DNA of 64,000 nt from Thermovibrio sp. (GTDB lineage: Bacteria > Aquificota > Aquificia > Desulfurobacteriales > Desulfurobacteriaceae): positions 1,478 to 65,477 of the forward strand of contig WFYG01000005.1 in assembly GCA_015490195.1 (NCBI GenBank), in the 5' to 3' direction. Below, in pieces: positions 1 through 9,553 of this stretch; position 1 is the stretch's first letter, and each line of letters opens with the position of its first letter. Made by a program: the position numbers and the translations under genes. The notes below the pieces were generated by a model. It saw only the letters and a program-made list of their open reading frames with translations. It had not been told where the DNA came from and ran no database searches.

Positions 1-449
1 CTTATCTCTTCTTCCGAGAGCTTCCTCTTAACCTTTGCCGGGAATCCCATGATCAGAGAGTTAGGGGGAAACTCCTTTCCCGGAGGAACCAGCGTTCCGG
101 CAGCAACAATGGAGTTTTCGCCAATTACAGCTCCATCAAGTATTATCGCTCCTATTCCTATCAGGCAGTTGTCTTTAACTGTGCAGCCGTGGAGTTTAAC
201 TCCGTGGCCAACTGTAACGTAGTTCCCGATTACTGTGGGATGTGTTCTGTTTGTAACGTGTACTACTGTTCCGTCTTGGATTGAGGTACACTTGCCTACT
301 CTTATGTAGTTTACGTCTCCTCTCAGAATTGCTCCAAACCAGATAGAGCTGTCGTCTCCTATCTCAACGTCTCCTATAACTGTTGCGTTCTCTGCTATGA
401 ATACGTTTTTGCCTATTTTCGGTTTTGACTCTCCGTAGCTCCTTATCAA
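1..449 (-). CDS. Gamma-class carbonic anhydrase-like / hexapeptide-repeat (left-handed beta-helix) protein. The N-terminus is in the window and the C-terminus runs off the left edge.
   Basis: The reverse-strand translation reads LIRSYGESKPKIGKNVFIAENATVIGDVEIGDDSSIWFGAILRGDVNYIRVGKCTSIQDGTVVHVT...GHGVKLHGCTV, the YrdA/PaaY-type hexapeptide pattern. A TTG start lies at 449-447 with a GGAGG Shine-Dalgarno at 456-460 (complement). It is absent from the ORF track because it is truncated. Confidence 0.75.
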   Translation of the reverse strand, partial: MIRSYGESKPKIGKNVFIAENATVIGDVEIGDDSSIWFGAILRGDVNYIRVGKCTSIQDGTVVHVTNRTHPTVIGNYVTVGHGVKLHGCTVKDNCLIGIGAIILDGAVIGENSIVAAGTLVPPGKEFPPNSLIMGFPAKVKRKLSEEEI

Positions 450-525
450 CGCTTTCCTCCTTCTCTGTTTTCCTATTCATTCTAACACTCTGTTTGTTAG
501 AATTTGCTCCACACGGAGGAGAGCT

Positions 526-1182
526 ATGGCTTTACTTGCTCCATCTATTCTTTCTGCCAACTTTGCCTGTCTTAAGAGGGATATCAGGGAGGCTGAGGAG
601 GCCGGTGCAGACCTTCTCCACGTTGACGTTATGGACGGCCGTTTTGTTCCAAACATTACTATAGGTATTCCGGTTGTTGAATCTATAAGAAAGGTTACGG
701 AGCTCCCCTTAGACATCCACCTTATGATTGTTGAGCCGGAAAGGTACATTCCCGACTTTATAAGGGCAGGAGCTGACTGGATTTCCTTTCACTTTGAGGC
801 TGCCGTCCACCACCACAGGATTGTTGAGAGAATTAAGGAGCTTGGTGCAAAGGCTGGAGTGGTTATAAATCCTTCAACTCCCGTGTCGTTTTTAGAGGAG
901 ATCCTTCCGTTTTTGGACTTCGTTCTCGTTATGTCGGTCAATCCCGGCTTTGGAGGTCAAAAGTTTATCCCTGAGTCTTTAAAGAAGATTGAGAAGCTGA
1001 AGAGAATGAAAAAGGCGGTTAACAGGGAGCTCCTCATAGAGGTTGATGGCGGTATAAAGGTGGAAAACGTGGATTCAGTTTTAAAGGCCGGTGCCGACGT
1101 TATAGTTGCGGGCTCTGCCATTTTCAGGGGAAGTATCTCCGACAACGTTAAGGCGTTTAAAGAGGTTCTAAAAAACTATTAG
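526..1182 (+). CDS. rpe: Ribulose-phosphate 3-epimerase
   Basis: LAPSILSANFACL...HVDVMDGRFVPNITIG...MSVNPGFGGQKF are classic Rpe motifs, and the length (218 aa) fits. Confidence 0.9.
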   Translation: MALLAPSILSANFACLKRDIREAEEAGADLLHVDVMDGRFVPNITIGIPVVESIRKVTELPLDIHLMIVEPERYIPDFIRAGADWISFHFEAAVHHHRIVERIKELGAKAGVVINPSTPVSFLEEILPFLDFVLVMSVNPGFGGQKFIPESLKKIEKLKRMKKAVNRELLIEVDGGIKVENVDSVLKAGADVIVAGSAIFRGSISDNVKAFKEVLKNY

Positions 1183-1194
1183 CGGGGAGAGGCC

Positions 1195-2145
1195 ATGAAA
1201 CAGGTAAAGCTTATGACGGGAACTGCAAACCCCGAACTTGCAAAGAAGGTTGCTGCAAACTTAGGGGTTCCCTTAGCAGACGTTAAGGTAGGAAGATTCA
1301 GCGATGGAGAGATTCAGGTTGTTATAAACGAGAGCGTAAGGGACTGTGACGTTTTTATCGTTCAATCCTTGTGCAGGCCGGCAAACGACAACATAATGGA
1401 GCTCCTCATAATGGCCGACGCACTGAAGAGAGCCTCTGCCGGCAGGATTACTGCTGTAGTTCCTTACTACGCGTACGGCAGACAAGACAGGAAGGTTAAC
1501 CCCAGAGACCCCATCAGCGCAAAGGTTGTTGCAGATATAATAACGGCTACAGGGGTTAACCACGTTGTTGTTGTTGACCTTCACGCAAAGCAGGTTGAAG
1601 GATTCTTTGACATTCCGGTAGACCACCTTGAGGCTAGGCCTGTTCTAACAGATTACTTTTTAAGGCTTGGAATGGGAGGTGAAGATACTGTTGTTGTCTC
1701 TCCCGACATCGGTGGCGTTGCAAGGGCGAGGAACTTTGCAAAGGTTCTTGGTTCTCCAATAGCAATAATTGATAAGAGACGCCCGAGGCCAAACGTTTCT
1801 GAAGTTATGAACATTATAGGAGAGGTTGAGGGTAAAAGGGCGGTTATTATTGACGACATAATAGATACGGCTGGAACGATAGTTAACGCTGCAAAAGCTA
1901 TTAAAGAGGCTGGTGCTACTGAGGTTTACGCTGCTTGCACCCATCCGGTATTTTCGGGTCCTGCAGTAGAAAGGCTTTCTGGAGCTGTAAAGGAAGGATT
2001 CCTGAAAGAGGTTGTTGTTACGGATACAATTCCGCTCATTGAGGAGTTTGAAGGGGTTAAGGTTCTTTCTGTTTCCGGAATGCTTGCAGAAGCCATAAGG
2101 AGAATCCATTACGGTGAGTCTATCAGTCAGATGTTTAAGTTCTAA
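1195..2145 (+). CDS. prs: Ribose-phosphate pyrophosphokinase
   Basis: FSDGEIQV, PYYAYGRQDRK and the PRPP-binding loop VIIDDIIDTAGT are present; 316 aa. Confidence 0.92.
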   Translation: MKQVKLMTGTANPELAKKVAANLGVPLADVKVGRFSDGEIQVVINESVRDCDVFIVQSLCRPANDNIMELLIMADALKRASAGRITAVVPYYAYGRQDRKVNPRDPISAKVVADIITATGVNHVVVVDLHAKQVEGFFDIPVDHLEARPVLTDYFLRLGMGGEDTVVVSPDIGGVARARNFAKVLGSPIAIIDKRRPRPNVSEVMNIIGEVEGKRAVIIDDIIDTAGTIVNAAKAIKEAGATEVYAACTHPVFSGPAVERLSGAVKEGFLKEVVVTDTIPLIEEFEGVKVLSVSGMLAEAIRRIHYGESISQMFKF

Positions 2146-2686
2146 CTACGAATATGAGGGGGAGCTCTTTCCCCCCTTTCATCTCTATTACAATTTTGAG
2201 GAGTTTCCCTCCGGCTCCTTCAACCCAGTCTCCACCCGATAGATGGTAAACCTTAAATCCCGTAACTGCTGACGAGACAGGTGCATCTATGCCGGTGTTG
2301 GTGGTTGAGTTGAGGCGGAGCTCCGTCCTTATTAGCCAGCTCTCTTTTCCCTCTTCACTTTTATACGTCCAGTACCTTACTCTACAGATTCCCGGAAAGT
2401 AGTAGCAGTTTTCTGTGTAAAACTCTATCCAGCTTAACTTACCGTTCGGGTCTTTCCCATAGGTTATTCCGCCGTAGCCTCTGTTAATTGATTCAATATC
2501 CCTTTGTAGAAGGTAAAAGAGCGGTGTAACTGTTGACTGTATTCTGCTGTTTTCCAGTGCCGCTTTTCCGGTTCTCTCAACTGCCGAGAAGAAGGTGTAG
2601 GTTACTGTTAGAAGAAAGGCAGAAATAGCTACTGCAAGGAGGAGCTCTATAAGGGTAAAACCTTTACCGCGTCTCGTAGAGTTCAA
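2135..2686 (-). CDS. Pseudopilin with prepilin-type N-terminal cleavage/methylation domain (GspJ-like)
   Basis: The N-terminus [22 protein letters not shown] is the type IV pilin/pseudopilin signature. Confidence 0.7.
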   Translation of the reverse strand: MNSTRRGKGFTLIELLLAVAISAFLLTVTYTFFSAVERTGKAALENSRIQSTVTPLFYLLQRDIESINRGYGGITYGKDPNGKLSWIEFYTENCYYFPGICRVRYWTYKSEEGKESWLIRTELRLNSTTNTGIDAPVSSAVTGFKVYHLSGGDWVEGAGGKLLKIVIEMKGGKELPLIFVVRT

Positions 2687-2990
2687 CTAAAACTCCTCTA
2701 TTTGGCGTTCCTGCTTCAACTTTAACTACTCTGAAACCCATAAGTTCTTCAAAGTCCTGGTTTACCTTTACCGTGTAGCCCATTACATTAATAGGCTTAT
2801 CGTTGTAACTTTTCCTCCCATAGACAATAGAGTTTATTGCGTTGTTTGCAGCAACAGTTGAGAGAGTTGTTTTAAGGAGAAGGTCAGTAGAGTTTGCACT
2901 CCTTCCTGCCAGAACTATAAAGGTTCCAAATGCCATTCCTGCTATTGCCACTGCGACCAAGACTTCCAGCAGAGTAAAACCTTTTCTCAC
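2664..2990 (-). CDS. Pseudopilin with prepilin-type N-terminal cleavage/methylation domain (GspI-like)
   Basis: The N-terminus [18 protein letters not shown] fits the signature. The gene overlaps the downstream pseudopilin gene, suggesting one operon. Confidence 0.7.
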   Translation of the reverse strand: MRKGFTLLEVLVAVAIAGMAFGTFIVLAGRSANSTDLLLKTTLSTVAANNAINSIVYGRKSYNDKPINVMGYTVKVNQDFEELMGFRVVKVEAGTPNRGVLVELYETR

Positions 2991-3040
2991 AAAGACCTCC
3001 TGCCGATATTTTATACTTTAAAACCGTGAAGGAGGTAAAG

Positions 3041-3775
3041 ATGGGAAAGAGAGTGAGACTTGGGGTTAACATAGACCACGTTGCAACTGTGAGAAACGCG
3101 AGGAGAACTTTTGAGCCGGATCCCGTTCACGCTGCAGTAATTGCAGACCTTGCCGGTGCCGACCAGATAACGCTCCACGTTAGAGAAGACAGGAGGCATG
3201 TTAACGAGAGGGACTTAAAGCTCATAAAAGAGCTTATCCATTCAAGAGTGAACCTTGAGATGGCAGCAACCGACGAGATGGTTGAGATAGCCCTCTCTGT
3301 AAAGCCCCACCAGGTTACGTTAGTTCCTGAAAGGAGAGAGGAGATAACAACAGAGGGCGGTCTTGACGTTCTCTCTCAGAAAGAGAAGATTAGGGAAGTT
3401 ATTGAGAAACTTAAGTCTGCTGGAATAACCGTTAACATCTTTATAGATCCGGAACCGGAGCAGATAAGGGCGGCAGCTGAGGTTGGGGCAGATGCTGTGG
3501 AGCTCCACACGGGCCGCTACGCTGAAGCCTTTGCAGAGAACAATAAAGAGGAAACAGAAAGGGAGCTCCGCCGTTTAAAAGAGGCTGCAAAGGTTGCAAA
3601 AGGAGCGGGCTTAAAGGTTTACGCCGGCCATGGGCTTACCTACAAAAACGTTAAACCTGTTGCTGAGATTCCCGAGATTGAAGAACTGAACATAGGCCAC
3701 TCAATAGTTGCAAATGCTATCCTCTTTGGCCTTAAAGAGGCAGTTGAGAAGATGAATGAGCTGATAAACGGTTAG
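3041..3775 (+). CDS. pdxJ: Pyridoxine 5'-phosphate synthase
   Basis: [17 protein letters not shown]...HVREDRRH...ELHTG are PdxJ motifs. The ATG at 3041 is preceded by GAAGGAGG, so it is preferred over the GTG at 3026 used by the ORF track. Confidence 0.9.
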   Translation: MGKRVRLGVNIDHVATVRNARRTFEPDPVHAAVIADLAGADQITLHVREDRRHVNERDLKLIKELIHSRVNLEMAATDEMVEIALSVKPHQVTLVPERREEITTEGGLDVLSQKEKIREVIEKLKSAGITVNIFIDPEPEQIRAAAEVGADAVELHTGRYAEAFAENNKEETERELRRLKEAAKVAKGAGLKVYAGHGLTYKNVKPVAEIPEIEELNIGHSIVANAILFGLKEAVEKMNELING

Positions 3776-3780
3776 ATTTG

Positions 3781-4149
3781 ATGCTTGTAGGTGTTGGGGT
3801 TGATATCGTTTCTGTAAGGCGGGTTGAGGAGCTCCTTAATCGTTTCGGAGAGCGTTTTCTGAAGAGGATTCTTCCTGAAGGGTACGACTACTGCCTTGAG
3901 AAAAGGAGAGGGGAGCTCCCCGGCTGTATCGCGGCCAGGTTTGCCCTGAAAGAGGCTACTGTTAAGGCTCTCTCTCAGGCGGGGTACAGGGTTAGCATTA
4001 AAGACGTTTCGGTTAGAGGTGGAGGGAGGGAACTCTCCCTCACGGTTAAAAGTCTCTCTCCCCGGTTAAAGCTTCTTTACTCAATTTCCCACGAAAGGGA
4101 GTTTGCAGCAGCCGTTGTAAACGTTATAGAGCTCCAATTCCCCCCATAA
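3781..4149 (+). CDS. acpS: Holo-[acyl-carrier-protein] synthase
   Basis: GVGVDIVSVRRV...FLKRIL...ARFALKEATVKAL...SISHEREFAAAVV matches AcpS. Confidence 0.85.
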   Translation: MLVGVGVDIVSVRRVEELLNRFGERFLKRILPEGYDYCLEKRRGELPGCIAARFALKEATVKALSQAGYRVSIKDVSVRGGGRELSLTVKSLSPRLKLLYSISHEREFAAAVVNVIELQFPP

Positions 4150-4546
4150 CTCTCATCAGCCATTGGGCAGTTACAGTGTCCATGGTTAAAATGTGTTCAG
4201 ATATCCAGGGTTTAAACACCTCTTCAAGGTAATTTTTAAGCTTCTCTCTGTTTCTCTCCCTCTCCCACTTCTCTTTAACGGAGCGGAGTTCCTCTCTTAC
4301 CCTGTTGTGCTCTCCGTGGTGGCACTCGTAGGCGAAGAAGTGAGACTTTCTCATTAAATCCTCTTCGTAGCTAAAGTGCTCTTCAACATCCCTGATAAAC
4401 TCATTGAACAGCCGATCAACTTCCTCTTCGCTCCCTTCAACCAGGGCTCTGTAGAACCTGTTAACTATTTCAAGCTCTCTTCTGTGAACAAGGTTCATTC
4501 CCTGGTACGGTACAAGGGGCAGTTCTTGCTCTTTTAAAAGCTCCAA
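4124..4546 (-). CDS. Hemerythrin-like metal-binding protein
   Basis: The bacteriohemerythrin spacing of His/Glu ligands is present: HRRELEIVN, EEHFSYEEDLM, CHHGEHNRV and WISEHILTMD. Confidence 0.72.
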   Translation of the reverse strand: MELLKEQELPLVPYQGMNLVHRRELEIVNRFYRALVEGSEEEVDRLFNEFIRDVEEHFSYEEDLMRKSHFFAYECHHGEHNRVREELRSVKEKWERERNREKLKNYLEEVFKPWISEHILTMDTVTAQWLMRVMGGIGAL

Positions 4547-4618
4547 TTTCCAGTCCTCCTCAATTTTCTTTTAATTTATTTCTATGAATAGAGGTGCTGA
4601 AATGAGATAAGTCAATGC

Positions 4619-4647
4619 TTGACACTTTACTTTCCCTTTCCTATATT
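4619..4647 (+). promoter_or_regulatory. Sigma-70-type promoter for the tRNA-Phe/tRNA-Leu pair
   Basis: TTGACA (4619-4624), a 17 nt spacer, then TATATT (4642-4647), ending 12 nt upstream of the tRNA-Phe 5' end. Confidence 0.55.
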
Positions 4648-4658
4648 TTCCTACGCGG

Positions 4659-4734
<76 letters not shown>

Positions 4735-4768
4735 TTTTTATTTTTCCCTCCAAAAGTAAAACCAAAAA

Positions 4769-4855
4769 GCCCGGGTGGCGGAATTGGCAGACGCACGGGA
4801 CTTAAAATCCCGGGGCCGCAAGGCCGTGCGGGTTCGATTCCCGCCCCGGGCACCA
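4769..4855 (+). tRNA. tRNA-Leu (anticodon TAA), long variable arm
   Basis: GCCCGGGTGGCGGAATTGGCAGACGC...CGGGA-CTTAAAA-TCCCG, a variable arm, GGTTCGATTCC, then CCGGGCACCA. Confidence 0.92.
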
Positions 4856-4996
4856 CGTCAAAGTGATTAAGAAAAACCTGTTATCTTTCTATTAAATCCC
4901 TTTTACTACAACAATAGCAATTTTCTATTTCTAAAATTGGAATGTAGAATATCAATCTGGTATAAATCCGTCATAATTTCTCGTCGGGAGGAGATT

Positions 4997-6193
4997 ATGA
5001 GGAAAGCCCTGTTTCTTCTCACTTCCCTGATGGTTGCTACATCTGCCTCTCAGGCTCAAACGGTTTCAAACGAAGAGATACTCCAGAAACTCCAACAGCT
5101 TGAGAAAAAGGTTCAGGAGCTTGAAAAAGAGAACAGGGAGCTAAAGAAACTCCTCTACAGAAGAACTGCCGTTGTTCCTTTAAGGAAGAGAACAGAAAAG
5201 GTTAAAGTTGGGGGAAGGGTTCTTTTCAGGTTTTCCCAAACGCAGGACATAGATGAGAACGGCGGAAAGTCCATATTTGGAGATTATGGAAACGGGTTTG
5301 AGGTTAAGAAGGCTAGGCTTCACGTAAAGGGAGAGCTTAACGATAATATCAGTTATGCCATTCAGATAAAGGCAGATAAGGGAAGCCAGGTTCAGCTCTG
5401 GGATGCTTACGTCAAATACTCTTTTGACTCCATTCCACTTTCGGTAAAGATGGGGCAGTTTAAGACTCCTGTCTCTATGTCTTACTTAAAGAGTGGAACA
5501 GAGCTCTGGCTTCCTGAAAGGCCTGTTGCCGTTAACGAGATTGCTCCTGTGTGGAGAGAGATTGGAGTTTCAGCTACCTATAAGCTCTTTAAGGGAGTTA
5601 AGTTAACTGCCGGCGTGTTTAATGGTGAGGGGTGGAGCTCCTCCGAAAACTACAACAGGGACAAGAAATACCTCTACACCCTGGCCTTAGATGCAACTCC
5701 TATCAACAATGAGGATTTAACCTGGCGCTTTAGATTAGGCGGAGAGTTTGGAACGGACGACTCTTCCAAGATGATTTATACAAAATACGGAGCTGCTTCT
5801 GTTAAAAGACACCTGATTGACGTTGAAACAGCACTCAAGTTTAAGCCCTACAACCTCTCCCTTGAGGCTGGATACCTCTACGACAACCCGACAGACGGAA
5901 AAGACAGCTCTGGAAAAGACGTATCACTTGGAAACGCCAAGGGCTACTACGCACAGGTCAACTACGGTCTCCCATTCTTTCCGAAAGTTCACCTTGTTGG
6001 CCGCTACTCCTGGTTGGATCCAAACGACGATATTAACGATAAGTACGACGTTAACTACACAACCATTGGCTTCTACTACCTCTTAAACGGCTGGCAGGCA
6101 GCAGTCAGATCTTCGTACACCTGGGCTAATGAAAGGCACGGTAAAGAGATTGACAACAACGTGTTTGTAACAGAGTTCCAGCTTCTCTTTTAA
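4997..6193 (+). CDS. Outer-membrane porin, probably phosphate-selective porin O/P family
   Basis: It has the signal peptide MRKALFLLTSLMVATSASQAQ, an N-terminal coiled coil, alternating beta-strand pattern and a C-terminal aromatic residue (..FQLLF). The ATG at 4997 with a GGAGGAG SD is preferred over 4937. Confidence 0.6.
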   Translation: MRKALFLLTSLMVATSASQAQTVSNEEILQKLQQLEKKVQELEKENRELKKLLYRRTAVVPLRKRTEKVKVGGRVLFRFSQTQDIDENGGKSIFGDYGNGFEVKKARLHVKGELNDNISYAIQIKADKGSQVQLWDAYVKYSFDSIPLSVKMGQFKTPVSMSYLKSGTELWLPERPVAVNEIAPVWREIGVSATYKLFKGVKLTAGVFNGEGWSSSENYNRDKKYLYTLALDATPINNEDLTWRFRLGGEFGTDDSSKMIYTKYGAASVKRHLIDVETALKFKPYNLSLEAGYLYDNPTDGKDSSGKDVSLGNAKGYYAQVNYGLPFFPKVHLVGRYSWLDPNDDINDKYDVNYTTIGFYYLLNGWQAAVRSSYTWANERHGKEIDNNVFVTEFQLLF

Positions 6194-6203
6194 TTTCAAC
6201 CTT

Positions 6204-6236
6204 CCGGCGGGTTTGTTGTCAGAAGTAGCCCGCCGG
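6204..6236. terminator. Bidirectional stem-loop between the convergent porin and mobB genes
   Basis: CCGGCGGG (6204-6211) pairs with CCCGCCGG (6229-6236), an 8 bp GC stem. There is no clear U-tract, so confidence is moderate. Confidence 0.4.
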
Positions 6237-6251
6237 AGCTCCCCTCCACAA

Positions 6252-6935
6252 TCAGGAGCTTCTTCCTCTCCCCTTAACTACTCTTACGTCTATTCTTTCA
6301 AGGGGATTTTCAATTCCTTTTAGAGGTTTCAGGAAACCGAGGAGAACCTCCTTGAGTATTCCTTTCAGGAAGAACTTCATCGGTATCCTTCTGCCGTTGA
6401 CAAAGAGCTCCACCTCGTCGGGGAACTCCTCCTCTCTCTTCTTAATAAGCTCCTCCTCAATGAAAGTGGCTATCTCGTCTACCTGTTCTGGGTGAAAAAC
6501 TTTTCTTTCTTTAACAATTACCGAAGAGTCTGTAACTACTGCTACAACGTTCGGGTCTTTTTCAAACAGTGGAGACTCTAACTCTTCTCTTATCACTTCA
6601 ATTTTGGGAATGGGAGCTTCTTTAAACCCTTCACATATAACTATGTCGTAGTCGTCAAAGAGGAGAAAAGAGAGAAGAGTTAGGTCTGTACTCTCCTTTT
6701 TTACTCTAAAAGTTAGGAAAAGTTCCTCAGGTGAAAAGAGACCAACTGCGTCTGCTCCAGCCTCTCTGTACCTGTAGCTGTCCTTTCCCGGTTTATCTGT
6801 GAAGATTTTCTTTTCCTTTGTTGATTTCAGAACGGCCACTCTGTAGCCTTTTTCCTTCAATTTCTTAACAACCTCTGTGGCAATGGTCGTCTTTCCGCTG
6901 TTGTGGTAGCCAATGAACGAAACTATAGGTACCAT
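6252..6935 (-). CDS. mobB: Molybdopterin-guanine dinucleotide biosynthesis adapter MobB, with a C-terminal extension
   Basis: IVSFIGYHNSGKTTIATEVVKKLKEKGYRVAVLK carries the P-loop in a MobB context, and moeA is adjacent. Confidence 0.8.
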   Translation of the reverse strand: MVPIVSFIGYHNSGKTTIATEVVKKLKEKGYRVAVLKSTKEKKIFTDKPGKDSYRYREAGADAVGLFSPEELFLTFRVKKESTDLTLLSFLLFDDYDIVICEGFKEAPIPKIEVIREELESPLFEKDPNVVAVVTDSSVIVKERKVFHPEQVDEIATFIEEELIKKREEEFPDEVELFVNGRRIPMKFFLKGILKEVLLGFLKPLKGIENPLERIDVRVVKGRGRSS

Positions 6936-6988
6936 GGCACCTCCTCTGGACTGATAGAATTTTAAACCACCTTCAACTAGGGGGGTAA

Positions 6989-8212
6989 ATGGAGTTCTAC
7001 GTTACCTTTGAGAGGGCTGTTGAGCTGATAACTTCACAGGAGTTAACCCTCCCGTTCCAGCAGGTTCCCCTCTTTGAAGCAGCTGGTAGAGTCCTAAGGG
7101 AAGCTATTGTTGCAGATAGAAATGACCCTCCCGTTCCCGTCTCTGCAATGGACGGCTACGGCGTGAGGTTTCCCGATGTTGAATCTGTTCCTTCAAGGCT
7201 GAATGTTAAGGGAGTCGTTCCTGCCGGAGTTGATAAACCAGTTGAGATAGAAAGAGGTGAGGCCGTTAAGATCTTTACCGGTTCCGTTGTTCCAGATTCT
7301 GTTGACCTTGTTGTTCCGGTGGAGTGGACGGAGGAGAGAGAGGGGTGCGTTGAAGTTAAGAAAAGCTTTCAGAAGGGAGCAAATATAAGGCCTCCCGGAG
7401 AGAACTACAGGAAAGGTCAGGTTCTTATCAGGGAGGGGACTGTTTTGGGAGCTCCCGAAATCGGCATAGCCGCCTCAGTTGGAAAACCCTACCTGAAGGT
7501 CTCTGTAAAGCCGAAGGTTGGAATAGTTGTTACAGGAAGCGAACTTTTAGAGCCCTGGGAAGGTTTTAAATCTCCCGTTCAGATAAGGAATGCCAACGGT
7601 TATATCCTCTACTCTTTAGTTAAAGAAGCTGGCGGGGAGCCCGTTTACTTCGGGATAGTCAGAGATAGCAGAAAAGAGATTTTAAAGGTTCTCTCTGAAG
7701 CCTTTGAAACCTGCGACGTTCTTATCACTTCCGGTGGAGTCTCCATGGGGGACTACGACTTTGTTAAAGATGTTGTTAAAGAGCTTGGAGTAGAAGTTCT
7801 CTTCTACAAGGTTCAGGTTAAACCGGGTAAACCTGTTCTATTTGGAAGGAAAGGAAATAGGTTCTTTTTCGGTCTTCCCGGATTTCCTGTTTCTGTTTTT
7901 ACAAGCTTTAACCTGTTCGTTTATCCGCTCCTTATGAAGATTCAGGGAGCAGCAGAGGTTTTCAAACCAAGAGTTAAGGGCGTTTTGGTTGAAGACTTTA
8001 AGAGGAGAAAGGCCGATAGAACTGAGTTTGTAAGGTGTGGCTTCTCCTACAGCCCTGAAGAAGGAAGGTTCCTGGTTTCTCCCTTAAGGCGACAGGGTTC
8101 AGGGGTTCTCTCTGCCCTTGTGGGGAAGAGAGCTCTCATGGTGGTTCCTAAGGGGGTAAAGACCTTAAGTAGAGGAGATTCAGTTGACCTTATCCTTGTC
8201 AAAGGGCTCTGA
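6989..8212 (+). CDS. moeA: Molybdopterin molybdenumtransferase
   Basis: PVSAMDGYGVR, the ITSGGVSMGDYD motif, KPGKP and 407 aa all fit MoeA. Confidence 0.88.
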   Translation: MEFYVTFERAVELITSQELTLPFQQVPLFEAAGRVLREAIVADRNDPPVPVSAMDGYGVRFPDVESVPSRLNVKGVVPAGVDKPVEIERGEAVKIFTGSVVPDSVDLVVPVEWTEEREGCVEVKKSFQKGANIRPPGENYRKGQVLIREGTVLGAPEIGIAASVGKPYLKVSVKPKVGIVVTGSELLEPWEGFKSPVQIRNANGYILYSLVKEAGGEPVYFGIVRDSRKEILKVLSEAFETCDVLITSGGVSMGDYDFVKDVVKELGVEVLFYKVQVKPGKPVLFGRKGNRFFFGLPGFPVSVFTSFNLFVYPLLMKIQGAAEVFKPRVKGVLVEDFKRRKADRTEFVRCGFSYSPEEGRFLVSPLRRQGSGVLSALVGKRALMVVPKGVKTLSRGDSVDLILVKGL

Positions 8213-8455
8213 CCTTTTCTCCCTCATTTCCTCAAGAACTTCCGGGTCAATCCTGAGTTTTTCCACCCTGTGAACTTCTATCTCCTTTCCTGTTACTTCT
8301 ATCAGCACTCTGCCGCTTCTGTCAAGCTCCACTTCCCTTTCCGCTACAACTTTCCCGTCTTTTTGCTCTTCATCTTCCGACAAGGAGAACACTATCTGCT
8401 CGGTGCCGTTCTCTTTCTCAATTACTTTAATTTTCAGAATCATTGAAACTCCCAA
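8180..8455 (-). CDS. Hypothetical small acidic protein
   Basis: This is an intact 91-aa ORF co-directional with downstream genes. I recognise no motif in it. Confidence 0.35.
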   Translation of the reverse strand: MGVSMILKIKVIEKENGTEQIVFSLSEDEEQKDGKVVAEREVELDRSGRVLIEVTGKEIEVHRVEKLRIDPEVLEEMREKRSEPFDKDKVN

Positions 8456-8461
8456 AAGTAT

Positions 8462-9553
8462 TTAAACTACAACAAACCTGACTGTAAAAATCTTTCTAAA
8501 GTCGTCTTTTACGTCAACGGCAATGCGCCTCTTTATCCCGATTTTCCTCAAGTTCATGTTAACGTCTGGAGAAACGGCGTTTGTTCCGGCGGTTCCGTGA
8601 AATCCGGTAAACTCTACCCTGCTTCCTTTAGGGAGTTTAAAGGTTTTGTTTGAACTGACGAGAACTTGTCTTCCGTTAATGTTCAAGTTTGCTAAGTAGT
8701 GTACCTTTGGCTTTAAGAACTGGTCTAAATGAGAGATTATGTAGTCAAAATCCGGCTCTATCTCAACGTTGTGGAGTTTGAAAAACTCCTTCATCAGTAG
8801 AAGGTGGGTTTTCACTTTCATCTCAAGGTCTGGCATTTGCTTTGACGTTTCAAGGCAGATTGCCGGAACATTGGCTTCTTTCAGGCAGAAGTAGGTGAGT
8901 GACTTTCTCTGTTCAGGATGTTTTGTGTTTGGTGAAAAGGTGTTTGTGTTGTAAACGGGAACTTTCCACTCCCTCTTTGTAAAGAAGCGGTTGACCCTTT
9001 CAGATACGGTTCTTGCCTCTTTTCCTAAATGGAAGTTTTTATACCTCTCTGCGTCAATTACTATACACTGTCCCCAGGCTTTTGGGTTTACAGAGTGGAA
9101 CCCGAAGCCATCGTGCAGGGTCAGCAGGAGCTCCGGCTTAACTTCTTTTACGTAGTTTTTAAGCCACTTTACCCTTGGGTAGTCAGGATCTCTGGGAGAG
9201 ATTGAGGCAAACTTTCTGTTCATATCTCCGTTGTAGCCTCTACGGTCTGCGAGAATTGAGACGAAGTTCATCCTTGGAGCGATGAAGAGTTCTCCCCTCT
9301 TAACCTTAACGTGCCTTAAGATGTCTGCTGCCTTGTAAGCTCCCGGCTCATTCCCGTGGATTCCGCCGACTACAAGAATCCTTCCCCCTTTTTTCTCTCC
9401 TTTTAGGTAGGTGTCTTCAAGGGGGAAAGGAGGCAGGTCTATTCTTACAGAAACTCTGCTCTGACTGGCAAAAGCGCTGATAGGTGATAGGGCTATCAGG
9501 GGAGCTCCCCAGAGTAGAGTTTTTATAAGTTTTCTTCTCCTAATATTTTCCAT
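8462..9553 (-). CDS. Secreted M14-like zinc carboxypeptidase, possibly a peptidoglycan-trimming Csd4/Pgp1-like enzyme
   Basis: It has a Tat-like signal (RRRKLIKTLLWGAPLIALSPISAFA) and GGIHGNEPGAY, a zinc-carboxypeptidase HxxE motif. An L,D-transpeptidase gene is adjacent. Confidence 0.55.
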   Translation of the reverse strand: MENIRRRKLIKTLLWGAPLIALSPISAFASQSRVSVRIDLPPFPLEDTYLKGEKKGGRILVVGGIHGNEPGAYKAADILRHVKVKRGELFIAPRMNFVSILADRRGYNGDMNRKFASISPRDPDYPRVKWLKNYVKEVKPELLLTLHDGFGFHSVNPKAWGQCIVIDAERYKNFHLGKEARTVSERVNRFFTKREWKVPVYNTNTFSPNTKHPEQRKSLTYFCLKEANVPAICLETSKQMPDLEMKVKTHLLLMKEFFKLHNVEIEPDFDYIISHLDQFLKPKVHYLANLNINGRQVLVSSNKTFKLPKGSRVEFTGFHGTAGTNAVSPDVNMNLRKIGIKRRIAVDVKDDFRKIFTVRFVVV